Shown here: one piece after another, positions 37,647 through 49,788 of the stretch
Layout: each line of letters starts with the position of its first letter
Numbering within the stretch: the stretch's first letter is position 1
Assembly (NCBI GenBank): GCA_964620955.1
Contig: CAZUKH010000001.1
Span: 53,481-117,480, forward strand
DNA from: an uncultured Candidatus Saccharibacteria bacterium
GTDB lineage: Bacteria; Patescibacteriota; Dojkabacteria; J137
Direction of reading: 5' to 3'
DNA length: 64,000 nt
The notes under the pieces: generated by a model
Databases searched by the model: none
What the model saw: only the letters and a program-made list of their open reading frames with translations
What the model was told of the DNA's origin: nothing
Translations under genes and position numbers: made by a program

Positions 37647-39149
37647 ATGACTAAGACAAATCCCACCGATTCCATAATTTCTGATATGGAATCAAAAGTG
37701 AAAAATTATAACGCAAGTGTAGATATTGCAGAGTTTGGAGTAGTAACAGAAGTAAGAGATGGAGTAATAACCGTTACTGGTTTACAAAACTGCATGTATC
37801 AAGAAGTAGTGACTTTCGAAAATGGGGTTACTGGTATTGTATTCAATCTTTTAAAACACTATATAGGCGTAGTTGTACTTGGGGAGCTAGATGGAATACA
37901 TGAAGGAAGCATTGTAAAAAGATCAGGAAAAGTAATGTCAATTCCTGTCGGCGAGTCTTTACTTGGTAGGGTTGTAGACCCGCTAGGAAATGCTATTGAT
38001 GATAAAGGTACTATTCAATCAACTAAGTCAATGAATGTTGAAAAGGTTGCCCCAGGAGTAATGGCAAGGGAATCTGTAACCAAGCCCTTACTTACAGGTA
38101 TTAAGGTAGTGGATGCCCTTATACCTATTGGGAAAGGTCAACGTGAGCTTATATTGGGTGATAGACAAACTGGAAAAACGGCACTTGCAATTGATACGAT
38201 TATTAACCAAAAAGGTAAAGATGTTTTTTGTATATATGTATCAATAGGTCAGAAAGACTCCAAGTTAGCAAAAATAGTAGCCAAGCTTGAAGAGGCTGGT
38301 GCATTAGATTACGTTGTAGTAGTTAGCGCTTCAGCGTCTAACCCGGCTTCTTTACTCTATCTTGCTCCCTATACTGGAGTAACGCTTGCTGAAAGTTTTG
38401 CTGCAAATGGGAAAGATGTTCTTGTTGTATATGATGATCTTACTAAACATGCAGTTGCTTATCGGGAGATGTCGTTACTTCTAAGACGCCCTCCTGGGCG
38501 GGAAGCATACCCTGGAGATGTATTTTACTTGCACTCCCGGTTGTTAGAAAGAGCATGCAACTTGAGTAAAGAATTTGGTGGTGGATCAATAACTGCTCTA
38601 CCAATTGTAGAAACCCAGGCAGGAGATATAAGTGCATATATTCCAACTAACATAATTAGTATTACCGATGGCCAAGTATTTCTTGAATCTGGCTTATTTT
38701 ATAAAGGAGTTCGTCCTGCAATAAATATTGGAAACTCTGTATCGCGTGTAGGCAGTACTGCCCAAGCAAAGCCAATGAAAAAAGTTGCTGCAAAACTAAA
38801 ACTTGAGCACGCACAATTTAGAGAACTTGAAGCCTTTGCACAGTTTTCGAGCGACCTTGATGCAAGTACAAAAAGCAAACTAGAGAGAGGATTGCGACTA
38901 AACGAAATACTTAAACAAAAACAATACTCACCATACAGTATTGAAGAGCAAGTTGCTTTGATTTTTGCTGTTAATAATGGGTTTTTTGATAAAGTCGCTG
39001 TAACTGAGGTAATAAGCTATGAATTACGGTTCTTAGAATTTTGCAGGAATGTTAAAACCAGGTTATTGAAAAGGATCTCTGATGGTGAATGGGATGAAGA
39101 AATAGAAGAAAGTTTAATTACAGCTTGCAAAGAGTTTTTTAATGAGTAA
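37647..39149 (+). CDS. atpA: ATP synthase F1 alpha subunit
   Basis: Walker A GDRQTGKT and the full-length alpha signature. Confidence 0.95.
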   Translation: MTKTNPTDSIISDMESKVKNYNASVDIAEFGVVTEVRDGVITVTGLQNCMYQEVVTFENGVTGIVFNLLKHYIGVVVLGELDGIHEGSIVKRSGKVMSIPVGESLLGRVVDPLGNAIDDKGTIQSTKSMNVEKVAPGVMARESVTKPLLTGIKVVDALIPIGKGQRELILGDRQTGKTALAIDTIINQKGKDVFCIYVSIGQKDSKLAKIVAKLEEAGALDYVVVVSASASNPASLLYLAPYTGVTLAESFAANGKDVLVVYDDLTKHAVAYREMSLLLRRPPGREAYPGDVFYLHSRLLERACNLSKEFGGGSITALPIVETQAGDISAYIPTNIISITDGQVFLESGLFYKGVRPAINIGNSVSRVGSTAQAKPMKKVAAKLKLEHAQFRELEAFAQFSSDLDASTKSKLERGLRLNEILKQKQYSPYSIEEQVALIFAVNNGFFDKVAVTEVISYELRFLEFCRNVKTRLLKRISDGEWDEEIEESLITACKEFFNE

Positions 39150-40019
39150 ATGGCATCAAGTATAAAAGCAATAAAAACTAGGATAAGTTCAGTAAAAAAT
39201 ACAAAAAAAATTACTAAAGCTATGCAAATGATAGCAGCAACCAAACTTAAGAAAGCTGCTGATGCTATGGGTAGAAGTCAAGCTTTCGCTTCTCTTGCAA
39301 TAAATTTTCTTGGTGAAATAAGTAATTCAGTTAAACACAAACTTTTACTTCCTAATAGCTCAAACAGAGAACTATTAATTGTTATTTCGTCTAATCGTGG
39401 ATTGTGTGGCAGTTATAACTCGAATATTTTTAAAAAGCTTGCTTCTTATGTTTCAAAATCTCAAAATGCCCCTAGATTGGATGTAATAGCAGTTGGAAAA
39501 AAGGCAGCAAGCTTTTCAAAAAAATTAGGACTTGAAGTAACAGCTATATATGAGAAATTAAATGAAAACTTTAAATTTGAAGACTCTTTGCCGATTTCAT
39601 TATCTGCTATTGAAATGTTTTTAGAGCAAAAGTATTCAAGCGTAAAAGTAATTTACACTAAGTTTATATCAGGGCTAAAGCAGTCAGCAGAGATTGTTGA
39701 AATTCTTCCATTAAGTAAGGGTTTTATTAAACAATTAGAAGGCGAAAGTAACAAGGAAATCATTAAAGATTTTGTTTTTGAGCCTAGTAAAGACCAGGTT
39801 CTTAATTACATTTTACCCATGATTCTTAAACTATACTTTTTTCAATGTATTTTGGAATCAACGGCCAGTGAACACAGTAGCCGAATGATAGCAATGGATT
39901 CAGCAACAAATTCTGCAAGCGACATGATAAGTTTTTTAACTCTTGAGTTTAATAAAACAAGACAAGCTTTAATTACTCAAGAAATCAGCGAAATAGTTGC
40001 TGGAAGTTTTAATAATTAA
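39150..40019 (+). CDS. atpG: ATP synthase F1 gamma subunit
   Basis: Operon position, 289 aa, conserved N-terminus (IKTRISSVKNTKKITKAMQMIAATKL) and C-terminal helix. Confidence 0.85.
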   Translation: MASSIKAIKTRISSVKNTKKITKAMQMIAATKLKKAADAMGRSQAFASLAINFLGEISNSVKHKLLLPNSSNRELLIVISSNRGLCGSYNSNIFKKLASYVSKSQNAPRLDVIAVGKKAASFSKKLGLEVTAIYEKLNENFKFEDSLPISLSAIEMFLEQKYSSVKVIYTKFISGLKQSAEIVEILPLSKGFIKQLEGESNKEIIKDFVFEPSKDQVLNYILPMILKLYFFQCILESTASEHSSRMIAMDSATNSASDMISFLTLEFNKTRQALITQEISEIVAGSFNN

Positions 40020-40022
40020 TAA

Positions 40023-41813
<1,791 letters not shown>

Positions 41814-41833
<20 letters not shown>

Positions 41834-42530
41834 CTTTAACCTGACTCCTGCTGGACCAGGCAGTTGCTGTTTTTGGTGCAGCGCCTTGGTTTCCTGCATT
41901 TACCGCTATGCAATATTTTTTACCGTCTACTAAGCCAGATGTAACTTTCAAACTTGTTTTAGTTGTATAAAACCTCTTAACAACGCTTGTTGAACAGTTA
42001 CCAGCAGTATCAGTAGAAAAGATTGTAATCGCATAAATATTACTCTGTTTATAAGTACATGTTCTACCCCAGCTGGTTGGCGCGGTCCAGGTTAATGTTG
42101 GCTGTGATTCAGTAATTGTTGCCCCATCTGTAAGCGAAGTTAACTTTGGTGCGCCTGGTGCAGCTAATTTACAAGTTGAGCCAGTTGAACCTGTAGAACC
42201 TGTTGAGCCAGTTGAGCCTGTTGAGCCTGTTGAGCCTGTGGAGCCTGTGGAACCTGTTGAGCCTGCGGAACCTGTTGAGCCACCTGGGGTTTCAGTGCTT
42301 TGTGCTGGTACCAAATATTCGTTATTCTTACAAATCTGATTAGCTTGCACCACATAACAGTAACCAGCGCTGGGATTACAACACCTTGCATATTGGGTAT
42401 CAGCCACCGATGCATCTTCAGCTTGTTGAGTAGCTGTTTGAGCATTTGTAATTAAAGCTGCTGCTACAAGTACCACTGCGCCAAGTGCCAATGTAGCAAG
42501 CATTATAGCGGGGTTTTTTACGTATCTCAT
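41814..42530 (-). CDS. Secreted protein with a (Gly-Ser-Thr)n linker and an FN3-like C-terminal domain
   Basis: Signal peptide MRYVKNPAIMLATLALGAVVLVAAA, a Cys-containing N-domain, about 12 GST repeats, then PGAPKLTSLTDGATITESQPTLTWTAP (FN3-like). Confidence 0.55.
42172..42293. repeat. Tandem 9-bp repeat (about 12-13 units; + strand consensus GAGCCTGTT)
   Basis: Near-perfect 9-nt periodicity within the CDS at 41814..42530. The out-of-frame ORF 42164..42445 (QAQQ-rich) is an artefact of this repeat. Confidence 0.75.
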
Positions 42531-42657
42531 AGAAAATAAAAATATATATAATATTTAAAGTATAATAATTTTAATTTATCAAAAAGTATATAACTGTGCA
42601 AAATATTTTTACCAATAGTCTTTTTAGTATATAATTACTCATTATTCAACTTCTTTA

Positions 42658-43665
42658 ATGGAAAGAGTAATTAGTAAAAAAAGGATTTTAACTGGAGATA
42701 GGCCAACTGGCCCTTTACACTTGGGGCATTTTTTAGGTTCAATTCAAAACCGTGTAAAACTTCAAACTGAGTACGAGCTTTTTTATTTAATTGCAGATAT
42801 TCAAGCGCTTACAGATAACTATTCTAACCCCAAAAAAGTTATTGAAAATGTTTATCAAATTGCACAAGATAACCTTGCATGCGGGCTGGATCCAAATATT
42901 GCAACTATTTTTATCCAGTCACAAATTCCTGAGATAGCTGAACTGACAGTTTTGTTTATGAACTTGGTTTCGCATTCAGAAGTAATAAAAAACCCGACAG
43001 TCAAAACTGAAATAGAAGACAAAAGCTTTGGATCTTCTGCGCCATTTGGCTTTATTGCTTACCCTGTAAGCCAATGCGCGGATATTTTAAGCCTTAGAGC
43101 CCAACTTGTTCCAGTTGGGATTGATCAATCGCCTATGATTGAACTTGCAAGAACAGTTGCTTCTAGGTTTAACAAAATATACAAAAAGCAAATATTTTCA
43201 CTGCCTCAGTCAAAGCTTGGTGTTCAAAAAAATCTTGTAGGCACGGACGGAAGCTCTAAGATGAGTAAGAGTAAAGGTAATACAATAAATTTAATCGATA
43301 ATAATGAAACAGTAACAAAAAAAGTTATGGCAATGTACACCGACCCCAATAGAGTAAAAGCAACTGATCCTGGAAAAGTTGAAGGCAATCCAGTTTTTAT
43401 TTACCATGATTTTTTCAACACAAATAAAGAAGAAGTGGCTGATTTAAAAGAAAGGTATTTAATAGGCAAAGTTGGTGATGTAGAGGTAAAACATAAACTT
43501 GCATTAGCTATAAATAGCTTTTTAGAGCCAATTAGACAAAGGCGTACACAGTTTCCACTAAGTGTTGTAAAAGAAATAGTTGCTGAAGGTACTAAAAAAA
43601 CACGAACGGAAGCTAAAGCAACAATGCAGTTAGTTAAAGAAGCTATTGGAATTAGCTACTTGTAA
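42658..43665 (+). CDS. trpS: Tryptophanyl-tRNA synthetase
   Basis: HIGH-class motif TGPLHLGHFLG and KMSKS. Length of 335 aa is typical. Confidence 0.9.
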   Translation: MERVISKKRILTGDRPTGPLHLGHFLGSIQNRVKLQTEYELFYLIADIQALTDNYSNPKKVIENVYQIAQDNLACGLDPNIATIFIQSQIPEIAELTVLFMNLVSHSEVIKNPTVKTEIEDKSFGSSAPFGFIAYPVSQCADILSLRAQLVPVGIDQSPMIELARTVASRFNKIYKKQIFSLPQSKLGVQKNLVGTDGSSKMSKSKGNTINLIDNNETVTKKVMAMYTDPNRVKATDPGKVEGNPVFIYHDFFNTNKEEVADLKERYLIGKVGDVEVKHKLALAINSFLEPIRQRRTQFPLSVVKEIVAEGTKKTRTEAKATMQLVKEAIGISYL

Positions 43666-43672
43666 AATTAGC

Positions 43673-44020
43673 CTAAGTTTCTCTTGGGGAAAGTGTAAAA
43701 ACAACCCTATTTGCAAAAAGCCATGCACGGTATTGCTCTGCTTCATCACGGGTTAACGACTCTGGTCTTACAACGTACCTTCCTACTAATTTTGGCTCCA
43801 GCGCTCGAATTTGTTTAATTAAGTATCTTTTTTCTGTATTTTCACTGTAACCGCTAATATTAATATTGGCAGGTATTCCTTGTCCTGCTATTACTTTCCC
43901 TTGAGGAGGCTTTTCAAATGTGAGTATTTCAGTAAAGCCATTTGGCAAAATTGGTTTCTGTTCCTTCAGTTCTAAATTTGCTGGTGGAGGTGAATCTGGT
44001 AAATCCGATATAGATTGCAT
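43673..44020 (-). CDS. Hypothetical protein
   Basis: ORF of 115 aa with no recognisable motifs. Confidence 0.3.
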   Translation of the reverse strand: MQSISDLPDSPPPANLELKEQKPILPNGFTEILTFEKPPQGKVIAGQGIPANINISGYSENTEKRYLIKQIRALEPKLVGRYVVRPESLTRDEAEQYRAWLFANRVVFTLSPRET

Positions 44021-44068
44021 ATAATCCTTTTATTTTTTAAACACTCGAGTTTAACTCTACATTTTATT

Positions 44069-45553
44069 TTAGTAAAGCCCTTTTGCTCTTAACCAGTTAT
44101 TTAAAGAAAGCTGTCCTTCTTGTGCTTTATATTCTAATGCTAAACCTTTGCCAATCCATCGGTAATGCCACGCCTCTGTTATATAACCAGTCTCACCCTC
44201 TTTGCCTGCAGGATAAGACTGAACAAAACCATAATTATGGGCATAAACCCTAAGCCATTCCCATAAATTTGCATTAGATTGACAATAAACAAATGCCTGA
44301 CAACCAATCCCTGTTAAATCAACAGCAGTTCCAAGCTGGTGTTCTGAAAAACCAGGAATGGCAGAATAACTATTAGCCCTTACTTCTGCATCTTGCCTTG
44401 AAATACCCCACCTTGCCATTTCTATACCAGTCCAGTACTCAAAAGTATTATACTGAGTTTCGTAAGATCGAAAAGCCGAAGTGACTTCAACGCCCAAACC
44501 ACTTGACCTTGCTGCATTTACCATTTCAATTAAATCCGAAGCTCCTGCACTTAAAAAGCTTTGAGAAGATCCAATCACATCAAGCCTTGTAAGCAAAGGG
44601 TAGTAACTTGCAGTAAGTCGATAGTTCTTATCTACAGGCGCAAGTGTGCAATCCGCACATGTAGCAATTTCCGCAATAAATGCATGAGAAGGTCCTGCTG
44701 GGCAGGGCACATTAAAAACATTATCAAAGTTTGATAGATGATATGAGTTCTTATTAAAATCAAAGAATATTGGAACCTTAACATAGTAATTACAGTTACC
44801 AAGAAGAATTTTAACTTTACCCAGTTGTAAAAGTGGATTATCCTTTATAATTCCGCTAGAAACTTGCCATTCTACCTCAAGCACTGAGAGGTTATTAGTT
44901 GTAGAAAAATCCGCAGCAGAAGCATCAACTTCCTCTATCAAAAACTCGCTTACATTTTTAGCCTTTTCCATAGCTGTAATAAAGGATTGTAATAAGGCAT
45001 TAATATCAGACTGAATATTTTCTACGTTTCCAGTGCCCTTTATTACTTTTGTTTTAACAGCTTCTAAACTTTTACTTAGACTTTGAGACTCTTCTTTTTC
45101 CTTTATTACGGTTGGGCCTTGCATAGACCTACTGATGGTTGTATATACATCGTAGCCTAATTTACCTTCTACTCTAAAAACAAACCCAATAGGCAACGTG
45201 CTATTTTCGAGTTCTTCCACCATTGGCTGAACTGGAGAAAGTCTATAATCATACTTTGTATAAATCTTATACAAAGTATCTTGCTTGGAACTTTTAGTTT
45301 CTGGATTTGAATTAAGGTATTCACTAATTATCGGATTTTGGATTGAAAGCCTCCATAATGCCAAAGTTGTTTCCGATGGACTTTCATAAGCAATTGACGC
45401 AGCAAATTTATTAAACGCAAGTGCAAGCTGGAAACGAAATACTATAACGATAAAAATCAAACCGCTCAGGCTAATTAGTAAAAATGCAAAAAGCAACCTT
45501 ATTTGCAATCCTTCGGATTTAGAAACTATAGCGGTAAATATTTTTCCTGGCAT
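44069..45553 (-). CDS. Membrane-anchored D-alanyl-D-alanine carboxypeptidase / peptidase M15B (VanY-like)
   Basis: N-terminal TM. The C-terminal motifs SAFRSYETQ and GFSEHQLGTAVDL match the VanY/M15B signature (SxxRSYxxQ ... SEHQxGxAxD). Confidence 0.75.
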   Translation of the reverse strand: MPGKIFTAIVSKSEGLQIRLLFAFLLISLSGLIFIVIVFRFQLALAFNKFAASIAYESPSETTLALWRLSIQNPIISEYLNSNPETKSSKQDTLYKIYTKYDYRLSPVQPMVEELENSTLPIGFVFRVEGKLGYDVYTTISRSMQGPTVIKEKEESQSLSKSLEAVKTKVIKGTGNVENIQSDINALLQSFITAMEKAKNVSEFLIEEVDASAADFSTTNNLSVLEVEWQVSSGIIKDNPLLQLGKVKILLGNCNYYVKVPIFFDFNKNSYHLSNFDNVFNVPCPAGPSHAFIAEIATCADCTLAPVDKNYRLTASYYPLLTRLDVIGSSQSFLSAGASDLIEMVNAARSSGLGVEVTSAFRSYETQYNTFEYWTGIEMARWGISRQDAEVRANSYSAIPGFSEHQLGTAVDLTGIGCQAFVYCQSNANLWEWLRVYAHNYGFVQSYPAGKEGETGYITEAWHYRWIGKGLALEYKAQEGQLSLNNWLRAKGLY

Positions 45554-45580
45554 AGCTTAATTATAGCTAAACCGGCAAAC

Positions 45581-45961
45581 TTATGCGAAGGAGTTGGAGG
45601 TAACCTCACTATAAAAAATTAAAACTACTCCATTAGGATCTTTAATCGCAAACTCTCTTTTTCCCCATGGTCTATCAACGGGGTCACGACTAACTCGGAA
45701 ACCTTTGCTAATAATCTCTTTGTAAGTTTCATCAACTTTGTCAACTTTTAGATAAACAAATACCCCTTGTTTATTAGTACTGGCAACACCTAGATCTATG
45801 CTACTGTCAGTTGACTGTGTCAAAAACTGTAGTGTAAAACTACCGATTTTAAACTCAATGAACTTTTCCTGAGATTGGGTTTGCTGAAAGCCGAGCTTCG
45901 AGTAAAACACTGATGTAGCTTGCAAATCTACGACGTGAAAAAGAAGCTGGTTTAACTCCAT
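45581..45961 (-). CDS. VOC (glyoxalase/bleomycin-resistance) family protein
   Basis: ORF of 126 aa with the beta-alpha-beta-beta-beta pattern and N-terminus LFHVVDLQATSVFYSKLGF, typical of the VOC fold. Confidence 0.5.
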   Translation of the reverse strand: MELNQLLFHVVDLQATSVFYSKLGFQQTQSQEKFIEFKIGSFTLQFLTQSTDSSIDLGVASTNKQGVFVYLKVDKVDETYKEIISKGFRVSRDPVDRPWGKREFAIKDPNGVVLIFYSEVTSNSFA

Positions 45962-46131
45962 AAATAATTATATCACATGGTGCTTGAAAAACAGTAAATG
46001 TCAACGCTTCTTAACTGTCATAACTTTTCGGAAGGTTTTTGTTACTCTTATTTCTTAAAGCCAAAAAAGCTGGCTTTTATTGTTAACCCGCGAGATCTTA
46101 TGTGCTGTACCTGCTGGCAGGCAGGGGATTT

Positions 46132-47220
46132 TTATTTTATTTTTTCTAGGAGCCTCTTCATACCCTTTTGTCTTGTGATTACTGTCCGTACGTATTCTCG
46201 CGCACGGGAAGAGTTATACTGCGACTTTGTTTGAGGGTCGCTTATAGAGTCAATTTCTTTTTGTACATCTTCATCTGTAGCAACTTCACCCTTTTCTTCT
46301 GCAAGCGAAATCAAAAGAAGATCAATAGAAATCTGCTTGACTGATTCTTCTTCCCACTCTTTTCGCTTTTGTTCAATGCTAGTTTTTTGAGTTGTAAGGT
46401 AAGTATTAGTATCTAACTTAAGTTCTTTAAGCCTTGTGCTAAAAATATCTTCTTGCCTTTTTACCTCACCTTCAATGAGTATAGAAGGAATTTCAAACTT
46501 AGCTAGTTTTAAAGCCTCATCAAGTACTTTGGCATTGTATTCATTTAAAAGCTGTTCTGATTTAATATTTAATAGCCTAGTTTTTACCATCTCTTTAACA
46601 TCTTTTAATGTTTTTTCTTTTTCATAACCAAGTTCTTTAACAAGCTTGTCATTAAGTTCAAAATCTAGTTTAATGTGTTCATGCTCTTTCGCGTCTTTTC
46701 CGCTGCCAGTCGTATGTTTCTCAACAATCTCCTTTGTTTTTGCTAATTCTTTTATTTTTTCAGGCTTAATTGAGGAGTTTATAATACTTTTTATTACTTC
46801 TTCTACTTCGGTATCTTTAACTTCTGGGCTTTGTTTAGTTACTTTAATTTTAGAGTAGTCACCATGTTTAATTGTTGGATAATTCACGTATGTAAAAATA
46901 AACTCAATACCTTCTTTCGCACTTAACTTTTTTACCTCATATTTTGGAGTATCCAGTGGCCTTGCTTTTTGTTCTATTATAATTTCGTAAGCAATTTGTG
47001 ATAACAACTTTCCTAAAGCTTCATCTAAAACATCTGTTGCTATTAATGGCTCGACTTTTGATTTAGGTGCTTTTCCAGGCCTAAAACCTGGTACCTTTAC
47101 CTTTGATGACAGTTTTTTATAAGCTTCTTGCCTAAATGGTTCAAGTTCTGAGAAATCAAGTTTTACCTCGAATGACACTCCATCTTTCCCATTCTTAATT
47201 TTCTTATGGATATACTTCAT
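46132..47220 (-). CDS. tig: Trigger factor (shortened form, 362 aa)
   Basis: Ribosome-binding signature GFRPGKAPKS in the N-terminal domain and a long K/E-rich helical C-terminal arm. Confidence 0.8.
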   Translation of the reverse strand: MKYIHKKIKNGKDGVSFEVKLDFSELEPFRQEAYKKLSSKVKVPGFRPGKAPKSKVEPLIATDVLDEALGKLLSQIAYEIIIEQKARPLDTPKYEVKKLSAKEGIEFIFTYVNYPTIKHGDYSKIKVTKQSPEVKDTEVEEVIKSIINSSIKPEKIKELAKTKEIVEKHTTGSGKDAKEHEHIKLDFELNDKLVKELGYEKEKTLKDVKEMVKTRLLNIKSEQLLNEYNAKVLDEALKLAKFEIPSILIEGEVKRQEDIFSTRLKELKLDTNTYLTTQKTSIEQKRKEWEEESVKQISIDLLLISLAEEKGEVATDEDVQKEIDSISDPQTKSQYNSSRAREYVRTVITRQKGMKRLLEKIK

Positions 47221-47247
47221 ATAGCTTAATTTAAATTATATCACGGC

Positions 47248-47556
47248 TTAATATCTATCATCCTCTTCATCACCTTCATCCATAAAGTCATCTGAGTCGT
47301 CACTTTCATCCCCATACCAGCTGTCAGTTGCTGGCTCCTCGTCAGGATCTAAGTCTTCTGGTTTATACTGAGCCAATAATGCCTTTTCATCTGCATCATC
47401 ATCACTTGGATCTGCAATAACAGGAACACCAATATGATAAGGTCCTAAGTCGTCTGCCGCTTCCATTTCGGAGGCTTCTACTACTTCATCTTGAATAACG
47501 TCAGACTCTTCTACTAACATGTCTTCGGGTTTGTTTTGTTTTTTGTTTTTAGCCAT
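47248..47556 (-). CDS. Small, extremely acidic protein (roughly 45% Asp+Glu)
   Basis: ORF of 102 aa, e.g. ...PSDDDADEKALLAQYKPEDLDPDEEPATDSWYGDESDDSDDFMDEGDEEDDRY. Coding periodicity is consistent. Confidence 0.45.
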   Translation of the reverse strand: MAKNKKQNKPEDMLVEESDVIQDEVVEASEMEAADDLGPYHIGVPVIADPSDDDADEKALLAQYKPEDLDPDEEPATDSWYGDESDDSDDFMDEGDEEDDRY

Positions 47557-47581
47557 ATTATTTATAAATTATTGATCGAAA

Positions 47582-48667
47582 TTACTCTAAAGGCTCAACT
47601 ATGTCAATGGATTTTACAATATTTCTATAAATATTGCCCCAGCTAAACTGCTCTAAAAATGCACTGTCCGGTTTTTCCTTGAGTTTAATGGCTTTGATTA
47701 TAGCACTAGAAATGTCTTCGGGCGAGTGTGGATTTACAAATAATGCTCTTTTTGCCATAGTTTCCTGTAGAACCTCGATTTTTGAAAGTATAACAGGAAC
47801 TCCTTGTGCGTAAGCTTCAAGAGGAGGCATTCCAAAACCTTCACCGAAGCTACAATATAGTAAGGCTTTCGACTTGTAATATAGTGCCTGAATATATTTA
47901 TCATCAACATAACCTAAAAAAACTACTTTATTGGTAATGCCTAGCTCTTGTGTTAATTCAAATATTTGGTTGTAAAACCAACCTTTTTTACCAGAAATGA
48001 CATAATAATACTCAGGGTTTTCTTTAGAAAAAATCGCGAATGCCCTTAACATATTTTCATAGTTCTTACGTGGCTGGAGGGTACTTACAGAAAGTACATA
48101 TTTCTGTGGTAGATTTAAAGCTTCTTGGGCAGAAATTAATTGCTCTTCAGTAGGACTTCGGTAGGCCCATTCTTGAAGCCCTGTACTAATTACAAATGAT
48201 TTTTCTTCTACTGCTGGAAAGTTTTCTATAAGTTTTTGTTGAGTAAACTTTGATATTGTAAGGATTTTTGAAGATTTTTTTACCGCGATTCTTATTAAGG
48301 TTTTAAATTTTAGCACTGCCAATTTCGGCCAAAAAGCAGGGTGAATAATTGGCTCAATATCATAAATTATTTGAGCGGTAGGCCAAAAGAAAATTGGCAA
48401 AGAAAAAAGTGCGGTTGAAATGAGAATATCAATTTTATTTTGCTTTAATACCTTAGACGCCCTAAAAGCCCAAACTATTCCAGTCTTTTTTGCTGGAAGC
48501 ACAATAAGTTTGTTATTAGGGAATACGTGTTTATGGGTTTCTTTGCTAGTTAATAAAAAAACCTGGTTTTTAGAATCCTTTGCTGCTTCATTTGCTATAT
48601 TAAAAATATAGTTTTCTATTCCTGTCCTTTTTTCATTGAGCTGTGAAATATCTATAGCTATTCTCAT
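47582..48667 (-). CDS. Glycosyltransferase family 4
   Basis: CSFGEGFGMPPLEAYAQGVPVILS (E-X7-E region) in a GT-B fold of 361 aa. Confidence 0.8.
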   Translation of the reverse strand: MRIAIDISQLNEKRTGIENYIFNIANEAAKDSKNQVFLLTSKETHKHVFPNNKLIVLPAKKTGIVWAFRASKVLKQNKIDILISTALFSLPIFFWPTAQIIYDIEPIIHPAFWPKLAVLKFKTLIRIAVKKSSKILTISKFTQQKLIENFPAVEEKSFVISTGLQEWAYRSPTEEQLISAQEALNLPQKYVLSVSTLQPRKNYENMLRAFAIFSKENPEYYYVISGKKGWFYNQIFELTQELGITNKVVFLGYVDDKYIQALYYKSKALLYCSFGEGFGMPPLEAYAQGVPVILSKIEVLQETMAKRALFVNPHSPEDISSAIIKAIKLKEKPDSAFLEQFSWGNIYRNIVKSIDIVEPLE

Positions 48668-48678
48668 TAGGGTATAAT

Positions 48679-49788
48679 TTGTGCGTTATAAAAGTATTTA
48701 TGATAAATCATATCACAATAAAGAATTACAGGAACATACATGACTTTAATTGGGATCTCGGGAAATTTAATTATATTATTGCTCCAAATGGCAAAGGTAA
48801 AACTAATATTCTTGAAAGTATTTATTACAGCGCTTTTAGAAATTCGTTTAGACCGCAAATTTCTGCACATGAGCTTATAGCCCAAGATAGTTCTTTTTTA
48901 CGGGTTTTAATAGATCTTTGGGATAACCATAAATTTGAATATGTTATTTCGAAAAACGAAAGTAACCTTGAGCGAAAATTTGTATTTGATGGTAAAGAAA
49001 CTACCAAAACAAAGGTTTTTAATAATTTTGCTGTTGTACTATTTGCACCGCATAGTGTAGATCTTGTAAATGGAAGCCCACAAACTCGAAGAGATGACCT
49101 GGATGCCGTTCTAAGCATTATTTCTAAAAACTATTCTGATAATGTTGCCAGATATTCAAAAGTTTTAAAGAACAGAAACGCAGTACTTAAATCAATTAGA
49201 GAAAGAAAATCTAGCGAAAATCAACTTGAGTTTTGGACTAATGAGTTAGCTAATTTGTGTGGACTAATTCAGCTTGCGCGTGTTGATTTTTTTTATAAAA
49301 TTGATGCTTATGTTACTAGAGCGGCTGCTGAGATTTATCATGACGAAGGCGAATTCAAAATAATATATTCTCCAAATATTGAGTGTACTAAAACTCAAAA
49401 CGAAATAACAAAAACATATTTAACCAAATTCGCAGAAAACAGGGAAAAAGAAATTATTGTTGGTAAAACACTTTATGGTGTTCACAAAGATGACTATTAT
49501 TTTGAATTCGCCTCGAAAAACTTAAAATATTTTGGTTCCCGCGGTCAACAAAGAATTGGAAGCCTAGCCTGGAAACTAGCTCATATTTTCTATCTTAAGC
49601 ATATTGATAAAAATGATATTACTTTTTTGATTGATGATTTAATGTCCGAACTTGACAAAAAACATAGATCAAATATTGCCAAATTGCTCATTGAACTCGA
49701 TATTCAGTGGATTTTAACAGGTGCAGATATTCAAGAAATTCCGAAAATAATAATTGAAAAAAGCAAGCAAATTTCTATAAAAAATTAA
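48679..49788 (+). CDS. recF: DNA replication and repair protein RecF
   Basis: N-terminus ITIKNYRNIHDFNWDLGKFNYIIAPNGKGKTNILESI (Walker A, SMC-like) and a C-terminal signature/D-loop region. Length 369 aa. Confidence 0.85.
   Translation: MCVIKVFMINHITIKNYRNIHDFNWDLGKFNYIIAPNGKGKTNILESIYYSAFRNSFRPQISAHELIAQDSSFLRVLIDLWDNHKFEYVISKNESNLERKFVFDGKETTKTKVFNNFAVVLFAPHSVDLVNGSPQTRRDDLDAVLSIISKNYSDNVARYSKVLKNRNAVLKSIRERKSSENQLEFWTNELANLCGLIQLARVDFFYKIDAYVTRAAAEIYHDEGEFKIIYSPNIECTKTQNEITKTYLTKFAENREKEIIVGKTLYGVHKDDYYFEFASKNLKYFGSRGQQRIGSLAWKLAHIFYLKHIDKNDITFLIDDLMSELDKKHRSNIAKLLIELDIQWILTGADIQEIPKIIIEKSKQISIKN

Noticed and set aside
42164-42445. 93-aa QAQQAQQ-rich ORF on the minus strand.
   Set aside because: It is an alternative frame of the 9-bp tandem repeat inside the GST-repeat secreted-protein gene. 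The composition is artefactual.
46050-46131. Hairpins AAAGCCA-N7-TGGCTTT and CCTGC-TG-GCAGG downstream of tig, as terminators.
   Set aside because: U-tracts are poorly positioned on the tig (minus) strand, and no convincing gene lies upstream on the plus strand. Left uncalled.
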